A stretch of DNA of 61,597 bases from Malacoraja senta (Eukaryota), in the NCBI GenBank assembly GCA_038087875.1, contig JAXLNO010000197.1, positions 1 through 61,597 on the forward strand. Reading direction: 5' to 3'. How positions within the stretch are numbered: position 1 is the first letter of the stretch; each line of letters starts with the position of its first letter. The position numbers and the translations under genes were made by a program. The notes beneath the pieces were generated by a model, which did not search any database, was not told the origin of the DNA, and saw only the letters and a list, made by a program, of their open reading frames with translations. Shown in pieces: positions 36,958-51,094 of the stretch.

Positions 36958-38025
36958 TAGATATTCCAATGGGGAAAAGAAAACCTGAATCTGAAACAAA
37001 AACATTTTCGCTTCAGAAGACAGAAATATTAAGTAAGGATGTAGATAGTTTAGTCGGTGTCAGCAGGTAACACCTGTGAACATAAATCAAAAGGAAAATT
37101 GCAGATGCTGCAAATCTGAAATAAACTAAGATTCAGCAGGTCAGGCAGCACCTGTAGAAAGAGCAATGTTTCAGATCCAGGACCTGTCTTTATTTGTGTA
37201 AGAAGCAGCTGCAGATGCTGGTTTAAACCCAAGATAGACACAAAAAGTTGGAGTAACTCAGCGGGACAGGCAGCATCTCTGGAGAGAAGGAAAGGGTGAG
37301 GGTGAGGCTTCGGGTCGAGACCCTTCTTCAATTGTTCATTCACATCTGTTTTACTTTCTGCAGTTGCAGCCTTAAACTTTCCCAACGACCATCAGACCAT
37401 CGAACACCACAAACACCAACTAAACTACAAAGTGTCTTGCATCCTTACGTTAGGAATGGGCAAACGGTGCTGGCCCCTTGTGGTGACACCACCTCACCTT
37501 AATGAAGAGGCTAACTTAGGGCCCTTGGTCAGAAGAAGGGTCCCAACCTGAAACATGGCATGTAGCGCTTTATGACAGCACGGTGGCGCAGAGCTAGAGT
37601 CGCTGCCTTACAGCGCCAGAGACCCGGGTTCCATCCTGACTACGGGTGCTGTCTGTGCGGAGTTTGCACGTTCTCCGGGAGCTCCCACACTCCAAAGACG
37701 TGCAGATTTGTAAGTTAATTGCCGCCTGTAAATGATAGAAATAGTGTGGAGAAACATGGATGGATAGATTAGTTTAGCGGTACATTGTGGAAACAGGCCC
37801 TTCGGCCAGCTGAGTCCATGTTGACCAGCGATCACCCGGCTCAGTGGGCTGAAGGGCCTGTTTCTATGTTGTACCTCCAAATTAAACAAAACCAAACTAT
37901 CCATGTTCTCCACAGATGCTGCCTGACCCACTGAGTTACTCCAGCACTTTGTATCTTTTTTGTGCAAGTGAGCATCTGCACTGCCTTGTTTCCACAGGCA
38001 AAGTTAACTGAAGAAGGGTCTCGAC

Positions 38026-38382
38026 TGGACAAGCTAGATGCAGGAAAAATGTTCCCATTGTGGGGCGGGTCCAGAACCAGGGGGCCACAGTCTTAGAATA
38101 AAGGGGAGGTCATTTAAGACTGAGGTGAGAAAAAAAACTTTTTCAGCCAGAGAGTTGAGAATTCATGGAATTCCCTGCCACAGAGGGCAGTGGAGGCCAA
38201 GTCACTGGATGGATTTAAGAGAGAGTTAGATAGAGCTCTAGGGGCTAGTGGAGTCAAGGGATATGGGGAGAAGGCAGGCACGGGTTATTGATTGGGGACG
38301 ATCAGCCATGATCACAATGAATGGCAGTGCTGGCTCGAAGGGCCGAATGGCCTCCTCCTGCACCTATTTTCTATGTTTCTAT
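38026..38382 (+). mobile_element. CR1 LINE 3' fragment
   Basis: GGHSLRIKGRSFKTEVRKK; CR1 3'UTR and tail. Confidence 0.85.
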
Positions 38383-39042
38383 GACCCGAAATGTCACCTA
38401 CTCCTTTCCCCCATTGATGCTGCCTCACCCGCTGAGTTTCTCCAGCATTGTTTGTCCACTGACAGTGTTACGAGAAGCTTGTTATGTTCAAACCTCGCGC
38501 ATAATAAATCCAAGTTAACTAAAATAAACACAAATCCTCAGTGTACAACTTATTTGGAGAAAGATTTAAAGTTAGTAGTTGCTGCCTTATTATCAGCCTT
38601 GACATTTAATGGCGACAACTTCCATTTGCTCAGCACCTTTCTGAAGGTCCCAGGGTACTTCATAAGAGAATAAGATTTATGCGAGAATAAAGTAGGGCTC
38701 AGCCAAGGGCTCAGCCAACTGAAGTTCAGATGTGTAGGGAGGAACTGCAGATGCTGGCTTAAACCAAAGATCGGCACAAAATACTGGAGTAACTCAGCGG
38801 GACAGGCAGCATCTCTGGAGAAAAGGAATGGGTGGCGTTTCGGGTCGAGGCCCTCCTTCAGACAGAGAGTCAGGGGAGAAGGAGACTAGAGATACAGAGT
38901 CTGAAGAAGGGTCTCGACCCGAAACGTTGCCTATTTCCTTCGCTCCATAGATGCTGCCTCACCCGCTGAGTTTCTCCAGCATTTTTGTCTACCCTAGAGG
39001 ATACAGAAGAGTAAGGTGTGAAAACGGGCAGATCAAAGCAGA

Positions 39043-39722
39043 AGGTACACAAAAATGCTGGAGAAACTCAGCGGGTGCAGCAGCATCTATGGAGCGAAGG
39101 AAAATAGGCAACGTTTCGGGCCGAACCCCTTCTTCAGACTGATAGGGGTGGAGAGGAAGAAAGGAAAAAAGGAAAAAGGCGGAGGGAGGAGCCCGAGGGC
39201 TGGGGGAGGGGAGGAGACAACCAGATGGCTGATGAAGGGGAGGGGACAGCAAGGGCTAGCAGAATTGGGAGAATTCAATGTTCGGGCCCCCAGGATGTAG
39301 ACTGCCCAAGCGGGAATATGAGGTGCATTTCCTCCAATTTACGGTGTTGCTCGCTGTGGCCCATGGAGGAGACCCAGGACAGAGAGGTCAGATACGGAAT
39401 GGGAGGGGGAGTTGAAGTGCTGAGCCACCGGGAGTTCAGGTTGGTTATTGCAGACCGACCGGAGGTGTTCGGCGAAACGATCGCCAAGCCTCCGCTGGTC
39501 TCACCAATGTAGATCAGGCTGGCATCTAGAGCAGCGGATGCAATAGATGAGGTTGGAGGAGATGCAGGTGAACCTCTGTCGCACCTGGAACGTCTGCTTG
39601 GGTCCTTGAATGGAGTGGAGGGGGGAGGTGAAGGGACAAGTGTTGCATCTCTTGCGGTTGCAAGGGAAAGTACCAGGGGAGGGGGTGGTATGGGAGGGAA
39701 GGAAGAATTGACAAGGGAGATC
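39043..39722 (-). mobile_element. Penelope-like element 3' part: frameshifted GIY-YIG endonuclease plus terminal repeat with hammerhead motif
   Basis: Stitched translation QTFQVRQRFTCISSNLIYCIRCSRC/LIYIGET/RLGDRFAEHLRSVCNNQPELPVAQHFNSPSH..KLEEMHLIF; downstream CTGAAGA-AGGGGTTCGGCCC-GAAACGTT. Confidence 0.85.
39110..39137 (-). ncRNA. Minimal type I hammerhead ribozyme motif
   Basis: CUGAAGA, helix II hairpin, GAAA, C-GUU; helix I weak (about 2 bp). Confidence 0.55.
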
Positions 39723-41039
39723 ACGCTGGTCGAGGAAATGGAGGAGGGATCATTGTTGGCTGAGGGGAAGGTGACAAGGAGGCGTACACACAGTAAAATT
39801 AATCAGGAGGACAGTGAGACTAGTCGGAGAAGTAGTGGGGGGGGAGGGACTGAGAGAGAGGGGAAAGCAAGGGTTACTTGAAGTTAGAGAAATCAATACT
39901 GATACTGCTCAGCTGGCTTGAGCTTACTGGGAGTGGAGTTGGGGGAGGGGGGCAGGGGTGTGTCAGAACACAAGGCTGGAGGTAACAGGTAGGTCTGCAG
40001 TAGTTGGTGTGTTGATACAGGTGTGAATGGGCCAAGTTGTGGTGGGTGGAAGGGAAATTCACCTAGCAACACTGAAGAGGTCAAACACAACAAAGGTCAA
40101 TAAGACCATAAGACATAGGAGCAGAATTAGGCCATTCGGTCCATCAAGCCTGCCCCCCCCCCCCATTCAATTTTCCCTCTTAAACCCGGGTTCGATCCCG
40201 ACTTCGGATGCTGTCTCTGCAGAGTTTGTACATTCTCCCTGTGGCCACGTGGGTTTTCTCTGGATGTTCCGGTTTCCTCCCACATCCCAAAGATGGGCAG
40301 GTGTGTAGGGTAATTGGCTTCTGTAAAATTGGCCCTGGTGTGTAGGATGCAAAAGTGAGATAAAATAGAACTAGTATGAATGGGCAATCAACGGGTCAAC
40401 GTGGACTCGGTGGGCCAAAGGGCCTGTTTTCATGCTCTCTCTCTAAACTAAACCAAACCATAAGATATTGGAGCAGAATTTGGCCATTTGGCTCATCAGG
40501 TCTGCGCTTTAATCATGGCTGATCTATTTTTCCCTCTCAACCCCATTCTGCTGGCTTCTCCCCTTTAGATTTGGTGCTCTTACTAATCAAGAACCCATCA
40601 ATCTCCAAAAAGATCAAATATCTTGGCCTCCATCTGTGGCAATGAATTCCATAGATCCACCACCCTCTGGCTAAAGAAATTCTTCCTCATCTCCATGCCA
40701 CTTTGAGACAGGAGAGTAAACTCCTTGGATTTTCCACCTTCTCAACATATTAAACTTTCGACGTTTAGTTTACATGCATCAGAAGAGTCATGAAAACAAT
40801 CTCACACATTTCTAACAAATGTTTATGCATTTCCTTCAGGGATTTGCAAACTATCACATGTAATCATTTACTACGGACACCACAGGGCTCACAAGAATAA
40901 CTTCACTTTAGGATTAGTGATAATACCAACTAAAAATTTCTGTTTTGTTGTTTCGCTTGGGGATAGAGCATGGAAACAAGCCCTTCGGCCCACTAAGTCC
41001 ACGCCAATCATCGTTCACCCTTTCACACTAGTTCGATGG

Positions 41040-41763
41040 TCTGTTTGGAAGGGGTAGGATGGGGACCCACAGTCCTGTTTATATCAACGGGTCGATGGTG
41101 GAGAGGGTCAAGAGCTTCAAATTCCTGGGCGTGCATATCTCTGAAGATCTCTCCTGGTCCGAGAACACTGATGCAATTATAAAAAAAGCACATCAGCGCC
41201 TCTACTTCCTGAGAAGATTACGGAGAGTCGGTTTGTCGAGGAGGACTCTCTTGAACTTCTACAGGTGCACAGTAGAGAGCATGCTGACCGGTTGCATCGT
41301 GGCTTGGTTCGGCAACTTGAGCGCCCTGGAGAGGAAAAGACTACAAAAAGTAGTAAACACTGCCCAGTCCATCATCGGCTCTGACCTCCCTTCCATCGAG
41401 GGGATCTATTGCAGTCGCTGCCTCAAAAGGCTGGAAGTATCATCAAGGACCCACACCATCCTGGCCACACACTCATCTCCCCGCTACCTTCAGGTAGAAA
41501 AGTACAGGAGCCTGAAGACTGCAACGACCAGGTTCAGGAATAGCTACTTCCCCACAGCCATCAGGCTATTAAACCTGGCTCGGACATAACACTGAACTTT
41601 ACTAGCCAATACTGTTATTTGCACTTTATCAGTATATTGACCATTATGTATATATTTATAGAATGCCTTGTAGTCAATGCCTACTATGTTCTGTTGTGCT
41701 CAAGCAAAGCAAGAATTTCATTGTCCTACCAGGGACACATGACAATAAACTCACTTGACTTGA
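41040..41763 (+). mobile_element. Rex1/Babar-type LINE, 3' fragment
   Basis: ORF 41059-41589 VERVKSFKFLGVHISEDLSWSENT..KKAHQRLYFLRRLRR..FYRCTVESMLTGCIVAWFG; (CTTGA)n tail. Confidence 0.9.
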
Positions 41764-42172
41764 CACTGCCCAGTCCATCATCGGCTCTGACCTCCCTACC
41801 ATCGAGGGGATCTACCGCAGTCGCTGCCTCAAAAAGGCTGGCCAGCATCATCAAGGACCCACACCATCCTGGCCACACACTCATCTCCCTACTACCTTCA
41901 GGTAGAAGGTACAGGAGCATGAAGACTGCAACGACCAGGTTCAGGAACAGCTACTTCCCCACAGCCATCAGGCTATTAAACTCAACTCAAACAAAACTCT
42001 GATCATTAATAGCCCATCTGCTTATTTATGTGTGTGTGTGTATATATATATATTCAATAGTATATGGACACACTGATCTGTTCTGTATTCATGCCTACAA
42101 TATTCTGTTGTGCTGAAGCAAAGTAAGAATGTCATTGTCCTACCTGGGACACATGACAATAAACTCTCTTGA
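41764..42172 (+). mobile_element. Second Rex1/Babar 3' fragment, head-to-tail with the first
   Basis: SIIKDPHHPGHTLISLLPSGRRYRSMKTATTRFRNSYFPTAIRLLN; AATAAACTCTCTTGA end. Confidence 0.85.
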
Positions 42173-42732
42173 CTCTTGTTATTATGTTCTCATCCACTCC
42201 CTATACACCAGGGGCAGTTTTACAGACTTCTTTGGTACGTGGGAGAAACTGGAGCACCCGGATGAAACCCATGCGGGGCACAGGGGGGAGAACATGCAAA
42301 ATCCACACAGACAGCACCCAGAGTCAGAATCGAATGCGTGTCTATGGCGCTGTGAGGCAGCGGGTTAATTGGCAACATTAAACCACTGGGGTTGAAAATA
42401 CAGAATCATGAATACAAAAGGTCAGATAATCCGTCTAAATACAATAAAGCATGTCTGGAATTAGAGTATATACTTTATCTCTCAGGCACAAGTAATACAC
42501 AACAATATATCAATATATATTCACTTATTAAGGATAGTTATTTTTCGTATACTGTATTTGCCATTTGCAATCTATGGACTGCAGCTCCAATAATGAGCAA
42601 AACCAGGACAAAACAGCCAACTAGATTGCAACCGTCTCCACAATCAGACAATTATTTTTTTCCTCCAAGGCTGTAGCTGGCCTTTCGGCCCATCAAGTCT
42701 GAGCCAGCACTCTGAACAATCCCATCACTCTT

Positions 42733-43111
42733 ACGAACATATAAAACATATCAGATTGTAAAGGGCTTGGACACGCGAGAGGCAGGAAACATGTTCCCGA
42801 TGTTGGGGGGGGGGGGAGTCCAGAACCAGGGGCCACACAGTTTAAGAATAAGGAGTAAGCCATTTAGAACGGAGACGAGGAAACACTTTTTCTCACAGAG
42901 AGTGGTGAGTCTGTGGAATTCTCTGCCTCGGAGGGCGGTGGAGGCAGGTTCTCTGGATGCTTTCAAGGAGAGCTAGATAGGCTCATAAAAATAGCGGAGT
43001 CAGGGGATATGGGGAGAGGGCAGGAACGGGGTACTGATTGGGGATGATCAGCCATGATCACATTGACTCGAAGGGCCAAATGGCCTGAGACTGCACCTAT
43101 TGTCTATTGTC
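42733..43111 (+). mobile_element. CR1 LINE 3' fragment
   Basis: Same subfamily as 1604-1977. Confidence 0.85.
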
Positions 43112-43524
43112 TTATTCCCCCACCTCCCATCATGTTCGGCACAGACATCGTGGGCTGAAGGGCCCCCCCTTCCTGTGCTGGAATGTTCCATATTCTAAGG
43201 CTCACCCCCACCTTCTCAAGAAGGGGCGTGGGCTGTTATAGCTGGCCTTGCCAACAGCAAGCAAAGCCCAGGAATTAGCAAGGAAACAGATTGCGTGTGT
43301 TCACCGAGGCATGTGTAACTCATACATGCTTTTTATGGACATCTGAGAAACGGTGGGATTACTCACTGAAACATGTGCTCAGGAGCTGCCCCACGACTAC
43401 TCAACCGTTACGGGGCTTTAAATCTGCCAGTGAAATCTGACCTACATATTGCATTTTTACCCAGTCTGCATTCTGCCTCAACCTTCACAAGCTCCTCTGA
43501 ATTGAAAGGCAGATATCACCTCTC

Positions 43525-43853
43525 ATAGAAACATAGAAAATAGGTGCAGGAGTAGGCCATTTGGCCATTCAATATGATCATGGCTGATCATCCAACTCAG
43601 TATCCATACCTGCCCTCTCTCCATACCCCCTGATCCCTTTAGCCACAAGGGCCACATCTAACGCCCTCTTAAATATAGCCAATGAACTGGCCTCAACTAC
43701 CTTCTGTGGCAGAGAATTCCACAGATTCACCTCTGTTTGAAAGATGAAAAAAAAAAATTCTCATCTTGGTCCTAAAAGACTTCCCCCTTATCCTTAAACT
43801 GTGACCCCTTGTTCTGGACTTCCCCAACATCGGGGAACAATCTCTTGCATCTA
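43525..43853 (-). mobile_element. CR1 LINE 3' fragment
   Basis: Reverse CR1 3'UTR and ORF2 end. Confidence 0.8.
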
Positions 43854-46800
43854 GTCTCACCCACTGTGCCAACTACCCCCATTTCACCCCCAGCCCAGTT
43901 AAAGTAGGCTGGCCTAGAGTTAAAAACTGAAGACTGTAGACCTTAAGACATAGGAACATGGAAAATAGGTGCAGGAGTAGGCCATTCGGCCCTTTTGAAC
44001 CATTCAATATGATCATGGTTGATCATCCAAAATCAGTACCCCGTTCCTGTGAGAACTTGCAGGTACGATCGCAATGTTTCAGAAACATTTGGACAGGTAC
44101 GTGGATAGGATAGGTTTAGAGGGATACGAGCCAAATGCAGGTAGGTGGGACTGGTTAGATGGGACATGTTGGTCGGTGTGGGCAAGTTGGGCCGAAGGCT
44201 GTTTCCACACTTTAGATTTTGGAGATAGTGTGGAAACAGGCCTTCGGCCCACAAGTCCACGCTGACCAGCCACCACATTGTACACTATCAGTAGCCTGCC
44301 TTCACACTAGGGACAATTTACAACTCACAGAAAAAACAAGTAACACTACAAACAAGCACGTCGTTGGAGTTGGGAGGAAACCGGAGCACCGGTGAAAACC
44401 CACCCGGTCACAGGGAGAACGTACAAACCTTCCATACAGACAGAACCCAAAGGCAAGATCAAACCCAGGTCTCTGGCGCTGCGAGGCAGCAACTCTACCG
44501 CTGCTCCACTGTGCAAAACATGTCGCATTTCTCTTGAGATTAGTGCATAAAATCGGCACCCAGCTAAAAGATGACCGGTGACATTGGGCAATGGGATAGT
44601 ACGAGGGGCTGAATGGCCTACTGTGTTGTTTGCAAGATGTTCCAAAGTGCTCCACAGCTAATAACACACATTTGGTGTCTATCCCTCAACCCCACTCTCA
44701 TTCATTCTTGAAGAGGCACGGAATATTGATTGCAGTCAAACCCAACTGATTATTCAGAACTCCTGTTGGCTCAGTATCGGGCAATTATGTTCTGTTCCCT
44801 ACAACGCATCTAAACTCAGCAAATTCATTGGAAATTACACTACTCTGCAACCTGCAACAAAAAGGTGTGTTGGGGTATTAATACAAGATACATCGAATCG
44901 ACCAGAGCATTTGCCAGACCAGCACCACCAAATCTCTCGTGTGCTGGATTAACAGAGGTTTATTGTCATTTAAATTAATAACATTATTTTAGCGAGGAGT
45001 CAGTTTACAGACTCGGCAATATAATAGCCTTCTTCCACACAGACTGAAACTCTTCAATAGTCTGAGGAAGTGTCCCATCCCAAAACGTTACTCCCGAGAT
45101 GCTGCCTGACCTCCTGAGCTACTCCAGCACTTTGTGCCTTTTTTGTAAACCAGCATCTGCAGTGCCTTACATCGATCTACATCGGACTCTAGAAGGTGCT
45201 GCATTAATACATTGCAGTGGCCCAGAGGTGGTTAGCCATGTGACATACACCTCAAAGACACAATCACTGTTTTAGATTAGATTCGCGGAAACAGGCCCTT
45301 CGGCCCACCGAGTCCGTGCCAACCGGCGATCCCCACACTCCTACTCACAAGGGACAATTTGTATCTTTACCGCACATTAACACTATCCTATACCCACTAG
45401 GGACAATTTCTTTTTACATTTACCAAGCCAATCAACCTACAAACCTGTAGGAGTTTGGAGTGTGGGAGCAAACCCACGCGGCCACAGGGAGAACGTACAC
45501 ACTCCGTACAGACAGCACCTGTACTGTTAAGAACCAAGATTGGCCTAAACCGCATACATTAATCATCGACACAAAGAACGACAGCAATTTGCACCAAGTA
45601 AGCTCTCATAAGCTGCAAAGATTAAACACCCGCATATATATGCATTTTTAAGATAGGTGGAGCATTAATATTCCCCTTCAATCTCCTGCTCAGTAAAATG
45701 ACACCATGGCCTCTTCTCCATTGACCCAAGGAATGGCACCTCCACAATGCAGCACTACACTGGAGTTAAAGCAGTCTTACTGATTGATAGAGCAGACCCG
45801 AGGGCCGAATGGCCTCCACCTGTTCCTGCTTCTTCGGATATCCCACCAAAAAAATGACCACAGGACACCCAACTCTGATAAATAATCGACAGAAACGATC
45901 GCGACAAAATGTTTTCCAGGATTTGCAGAGAGAGAAAAAAAAAACCAAATCTCGTTCACTAGCTCCATCACCAGTCATCTAAAATACCTATTGCATCTTT
46001 CCAAAGCAGAGAAACTCTTTGGCTGGAGATAGACACAAAGTGCTGGAGTAACTCAGCGGGGCAGGCAGCATCTCTGGAGAGAAGGAATGGGTGACGTTTC
46101 TGGGTCGGGACCATTCATCAGACCTGGACCCGAAACGTCACCCAATCCTTCTCTCCAGAGATGTTGCCTGTCCCGCTGAGTTACTCCACCAATTTGTGTC
46201 GGTGTAAACCAGCATCTGTAGTTCCTTCCTACACTGGTCTTCCTTTGGCTGGTCCCTGTTGCTGTCATCTGTGGGAAGCAGGAGGGGCTGAAGGCACGCC
46301 TTGACAATATTTCATCCTCATCAAATCTAGAAGAGCTAAATTCTAAATGTGCCTTACACCTGACTTTTGAGACTATCCAAAATGCCACACGGCAATGAAA
46401 TACTATTGTAGTGTAGAAAGCAATATGCACCAGAAGAAGTTACAATCAACACATTACCTGTGTTTTGTGATCTTGAGTGAGGGATAGGCTTTGACCCCAG
46501 CACCAGGGTTGAGCTCCCCTGCTCTTTCTACAGTGTTGCGTCTGAAAGCTTTGACCTCACCCATTGCTTCTGTGCTGTTTACCATCACTAATCAAGGGCT
46601 CAGGTGCCTGCACTCCAGGTGAATTCTCCTTCCTGTTCACTTTCACCCCACTTCCTGTGGCAAGCGGGGTAGACTTGTTGGGCCGAATGGTCTAATTCTG
46701 ATCTTCTGATCTTACGATCTTCTGATCTTACGATGTTCTGATCGCAACAGGGTGTGGCTAGCAACCCCAGGAGTCCAACGTGGACGTATCCTCCTCCACC

Positions 46801-47827
46801 TTTGGCCCAGCGAGCATTGGCTTCACCAGCGAGCATTGGCTTCACAGCACACACACACTTGCATCGATTCTACCCCAGGTGTCAACATGGGTACATCGAT
46901 TCTCATCTCACTGAGAGGAACCATGATCTGGGCATCTCCAAGGCTGCGAGTTCAAGTCCCACTCCAGTACACTGCTGAGTGAGAGCAGCCACGTTAGAGG
47001 TGCTACCTTTGGATACAACTCTAACACAAGGAATGTGAAAGGTGCTATTGGAATGCAAGCACTGATTTTTTTTTCAGCTCCACTTTTGAATTTACAACAT
47101 CTGTAACTTTATGCTTATAACAAAAATCAATAGCACAAGTGAATCACCCTTGGAGTTATTCATAGCAAACAGCTCGGGAGGCCGGGTTTTAGTGGAGGAA
47201 TTGTATTAAACAGGGGGCAGACGCACAGAGGTTTCTTTAGTATGTGGCAGTCCGATGCTGTAGATTACATAATGAAACCAGACCCAACATCTGATTGATC
47301 ACCCACCCAAGTGGACAGAACGAGGACGTTGGTCCCATTGCCTCTGTGACAGCCGCTTTCAAAAGGTCCAATTCGAAGAAGGGTTCCGACCCATTCCTTC
47401 TCTCCAGAGATGCTGCCTGTCCCGCTGAGTTACTCCAGCATTTTGTGTCTGTCTCCAATTAGTCAGAACCTTTTCCCCAGGATGGGAAATATCAAATACT
47501 AGAGGGCATAGCTTTAAGGTGAGAGGGGAAAAGTTTCATGGCAATGTACAGGGTAGGTTTTCTTTTAAACCGACAGGGTGGTGAGTGGCTGGAAGCGGCT
47601 GCTGGGGTGGAGGAGGCAGATAGTGCTGTTTGACAGACTTTTAGATAAGCCCATGCAGGGAATGGGGAGATATGGACCATGTACAGGCAGATAAGAGTTG
47701 ATCTTGATATCATGTTTGGCACAGACATTGTGGGCTGAAGGGCCTGTTCCTGTGCTGTCCCACGTTCCAGTCCCACCCTCCCTTCTTCTCCCATCATGAC
47801 AATGTTTTTACCTTGTCCAATAAGAGT

Positions 47828-48200
47828 CAATAGACAATAGGTGCAAGAGTTGGCCATTCGGCCCTTCGAGCCAGCACCGCCATTCAATGTGATCATGGCT
47901 GATCATTCCCAATCAGTACCCCGTTCCTGCCTTCTCCCCATATCTCCTGACTCCGCTATCTTTAAGAGCCCTATCTAGCTCTCTCTTGAAAGCATCCAGA
48001 GAACCAGCCCCCACTGCCCTCTGAGGCAGAGAATTCCACAGACTCACCACTCTCTGTGAGAAAAAGTGTTTCTCGTCTCCGTTCTAAATGGCTTACTCCT
48101 TATTCTTAAACTGTGGCCCCTGGTTCTGGACTCCCCCAACATCGGGAACATGTTTCCTGCCTCTAGCCTGTCCAAGCCCTTAACAATCTTATATGTTTCA
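47828..48200 (-). mobile_element. CR1 LINE 3' fragment
   Basis: Reverse complement of the 1604-1977 subfamily. Confidence 0.85.
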
Positions 48201-48556
48201 AAGTCATTGAGAAACAACTGCACAGAAGCAGGCCCTTCAGCCCACCAAGTCTATGCTGACCATCAAGCACCCGAGCACACAAATCTCCTCCCCATGTTGC
48301 CATCATAGTGAATGGCGGATATTTATTTTAACGAACCTTTCGAAAGGAATTGGCAAGTTGGCACAACATCAGCGCACTTTAATTTTGGTTGTAGGCTTAG
48401 AAACAAAATTATATTTATTTTGCATTCACTGGGGCAGCAGGAGTCCGTTCCTTGTGCCTGCATCCCTAACCCACCCCCACCCTATGCCCAGGCCTACAAC
48501 CACCCACTCACCCCCACCCCCCTCAATTCATCAAGGCCACAGCAGATCCTCCAGAC

Positions 48557-49155
48557 CAGGGGTGGGGAACCTGCGGACTTAAGGCCGCATGCAGCCTTCT
48601 AGGCCATTAAGTGCGGCCTTTTGAATGAATCCACATTTTGTAGAACAAATACTTATATTTTTATTTAAGAAGGAACTGCAGATGCTGGAAAATCGAAGGT
48701 AGACAAAAATGCTGGAGAAACTCAGCGGGTGCAGCAGCATCTATGGAGCGAAGGAAATAGGCAACGTTTTGGGTCGAGACCCTTCTTCAGGTCTGAAAAG
48801 GGTCTCGACCAGAAACGTTGCCTATTTCCTTCGCTCCATAGATGCTGCCTCACCCGCTGAGTTTCTCCAGCATTTTTGTCTACCTTCGATTTTTATTAAT
48901 ATGTTTTTGTTCGTCTTTTATTATTTTTATTTTAATCTTAAAATTAACTTATTTAAAATACAAAGAGTAAAAGAAGATTCAACGAAATAATCCTCCCGGA
49001 CGGACGGCCACAATTAAAACATTAGTAAGTCATGAGGGCTATTTTAACAAAATAATGTACATTTTGAAGTATATCTAATTGAAGTTTCTTGGATTCTTAT
49101 TAGATTACAGCTGACTTAATGTGGCCTTCCACCATGAAAATGTTCCCCACCCCTG
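48557..49155. mobile_element. hAT non-autonomous element containing a fold-back PLE insert (about 48664-48893)
   Basis: TIR CAGGGGTGGGGAAC; perfect 8-bp TSD CTCCAGAC; homologous to 5227-5522. Confidence 0.85.
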
Positions 49156-51094
49156 CTCCAGACCATTGTTACTGGATCCTCCATCCCATCTAATTAAGAG
49201 ACTCAAGAGTCATATATGCACCAACAACGGAACAATAACATTCTTACTTGCAGCAGCAGAACAGGCCTGGAAACACAATACCACATAGATAATATATAAT
49301 AAACAGAAATCAATAAAATAATAACCTCAATGCCCACAAATATAACCATCCTTGAATATATACACTCAATGACTCAACATCTACAGCCTCTGGGATACAG
49401 GGTTCTTAAAGGATCTCAATGAGACAATTAGTTGTCAACTCAGTTCCAAATGGTCGACCCCCCTCACCCCGTGACTGTGACCTTCATTCTCCACTCTCCC
49501 ACCTGAGGAAGGAGCCACTCAGCATCTTGCCTGTCAAGTGCTCTCAGTGTCTTTGCCGTCTCTCATTAAAACACAGTGACGGCCTCTTCCCTGCCTTCGG
49601 TAACCTTGAGGAGGAGCTAAATAGCCTCCGATTCCACAATGTCTCCAATTACAGCTGCTTATCCCTGGTCGCATGAGAGAGCTGGCATCATGCGCAGTGT
49701 TCCACCCCCCAGCCTTATTCCAAGACAGTTCCCCCATCCATGTCCGGACAGAATACACGCCGACTTGCGTGTGGGAAGGAACTGCAGGTCAACACAAAAT
49801 CAGAATCAGAATCAGATTTTATTCGCCAAGTATGTTTTGCAACATATGAGGAATTTCGGAGTAACTCAGCGGGACAGCAGCATCTCTGGAGGAGAAGGAA
49901 TGGATGACGTTTCAGGTCGAGACCCTTCTTCAAGCTTGAGAGTCAGGAGAGGGGGAGATACAGAGATAACCGGCCTCCACCGCCCTCCGAGGCAGAGAAT
50001 TCCACAGACTCACCACTCTCTGGGAGAAAAAGTGTTTCCTCGTCTCCGTTCTAAATGGCTTACTCCTTATTCTTAAACTGTGTGGCCCCTGGTTCCGGAC
50101 TCCCCTAACATGGGGAACATGTTTCCTGCCTCTAGCGTGTCCAAGCCCTTAACCACTAGTGGAAACATCTTCCCCACATCCACTCTATCCACGCTTTTCA
50201 CGATTCGGTAAGTTTCAACGAGGTCCTCCCTCATCTAAACTCCAGCAAGTACAAGCCCAGTACAATCATACCTTAACCCAGTCATGCCTGGGATCATTCT
50301 TGTAAACCTCCTCTGGACCCTTTCCTGTTCCAGCACATCCTTCCTCAGATACGGGGCCCAGTACAGCTTAAAATACTCCAAATGTGGTCTGACCAGTGCC
50401 TTATGAAGCCTCAGCATTACATCCCTGCTTTTGTAAGCAGGAACAGGGTACTGATTGTGGATGATCAGGATCATATTGAATGGCAAAGGGCCGAATGGCC
50501 TCCTCCTGCACCTATTTTCTATGTTTCTATGCATTCAAGTCCTCTTGAAATAAATGCTAACATTGCATTTGCCTTCCTTGCTACTGATTCAAAGATCCCA
50601 CAGCACATCCCTGAACAGCAGGGGAGTTGTTCCAAGTACCCAGAGGCCAGCATTCATACCTGAATCAACAGCATTAAAAGCAGATGGCACTTGGTTCATC
50701 AAAAACAAGATGACCTGCGTGTTATCACCCACCTGTTTAGTGGGAGGCTCGTTCATCTACATTAACCCTACCGACTCCGACAATACAAAAATGCTTGGAC
50801 CTCATTGTCCACGATGAGGTCCTCAACCTAAAAGAGCCAAAGATCACTCCTGCACTGATATCTACCTCATTTGTGACCATCGGACTATCCTTGATCAGTC
50901 TTTGCTGGCTTTACCTTGCACTAAACGTTATTCCCATATCATGTATCTCTGCACTGTAAATGGCTCGATTGTAATCATGTCTTGTCTTTCCGCTGACTGG
51001 TTAGCACGCGACAAAAGTTTTTCACTGTACCTCGGTACACGTGACAATAAACTAAACTGAACAGAACAGCCATCAAGTACTTTGGGAAGCGATA

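Noticed and set aside
41059..41589. Host gene or autonomous retroelement
   Set aside because: Only the post-RT C-terminal part of a Rex1/Babar ORF with a frameshift; no intact autonomous element was seen anywhere in the window.
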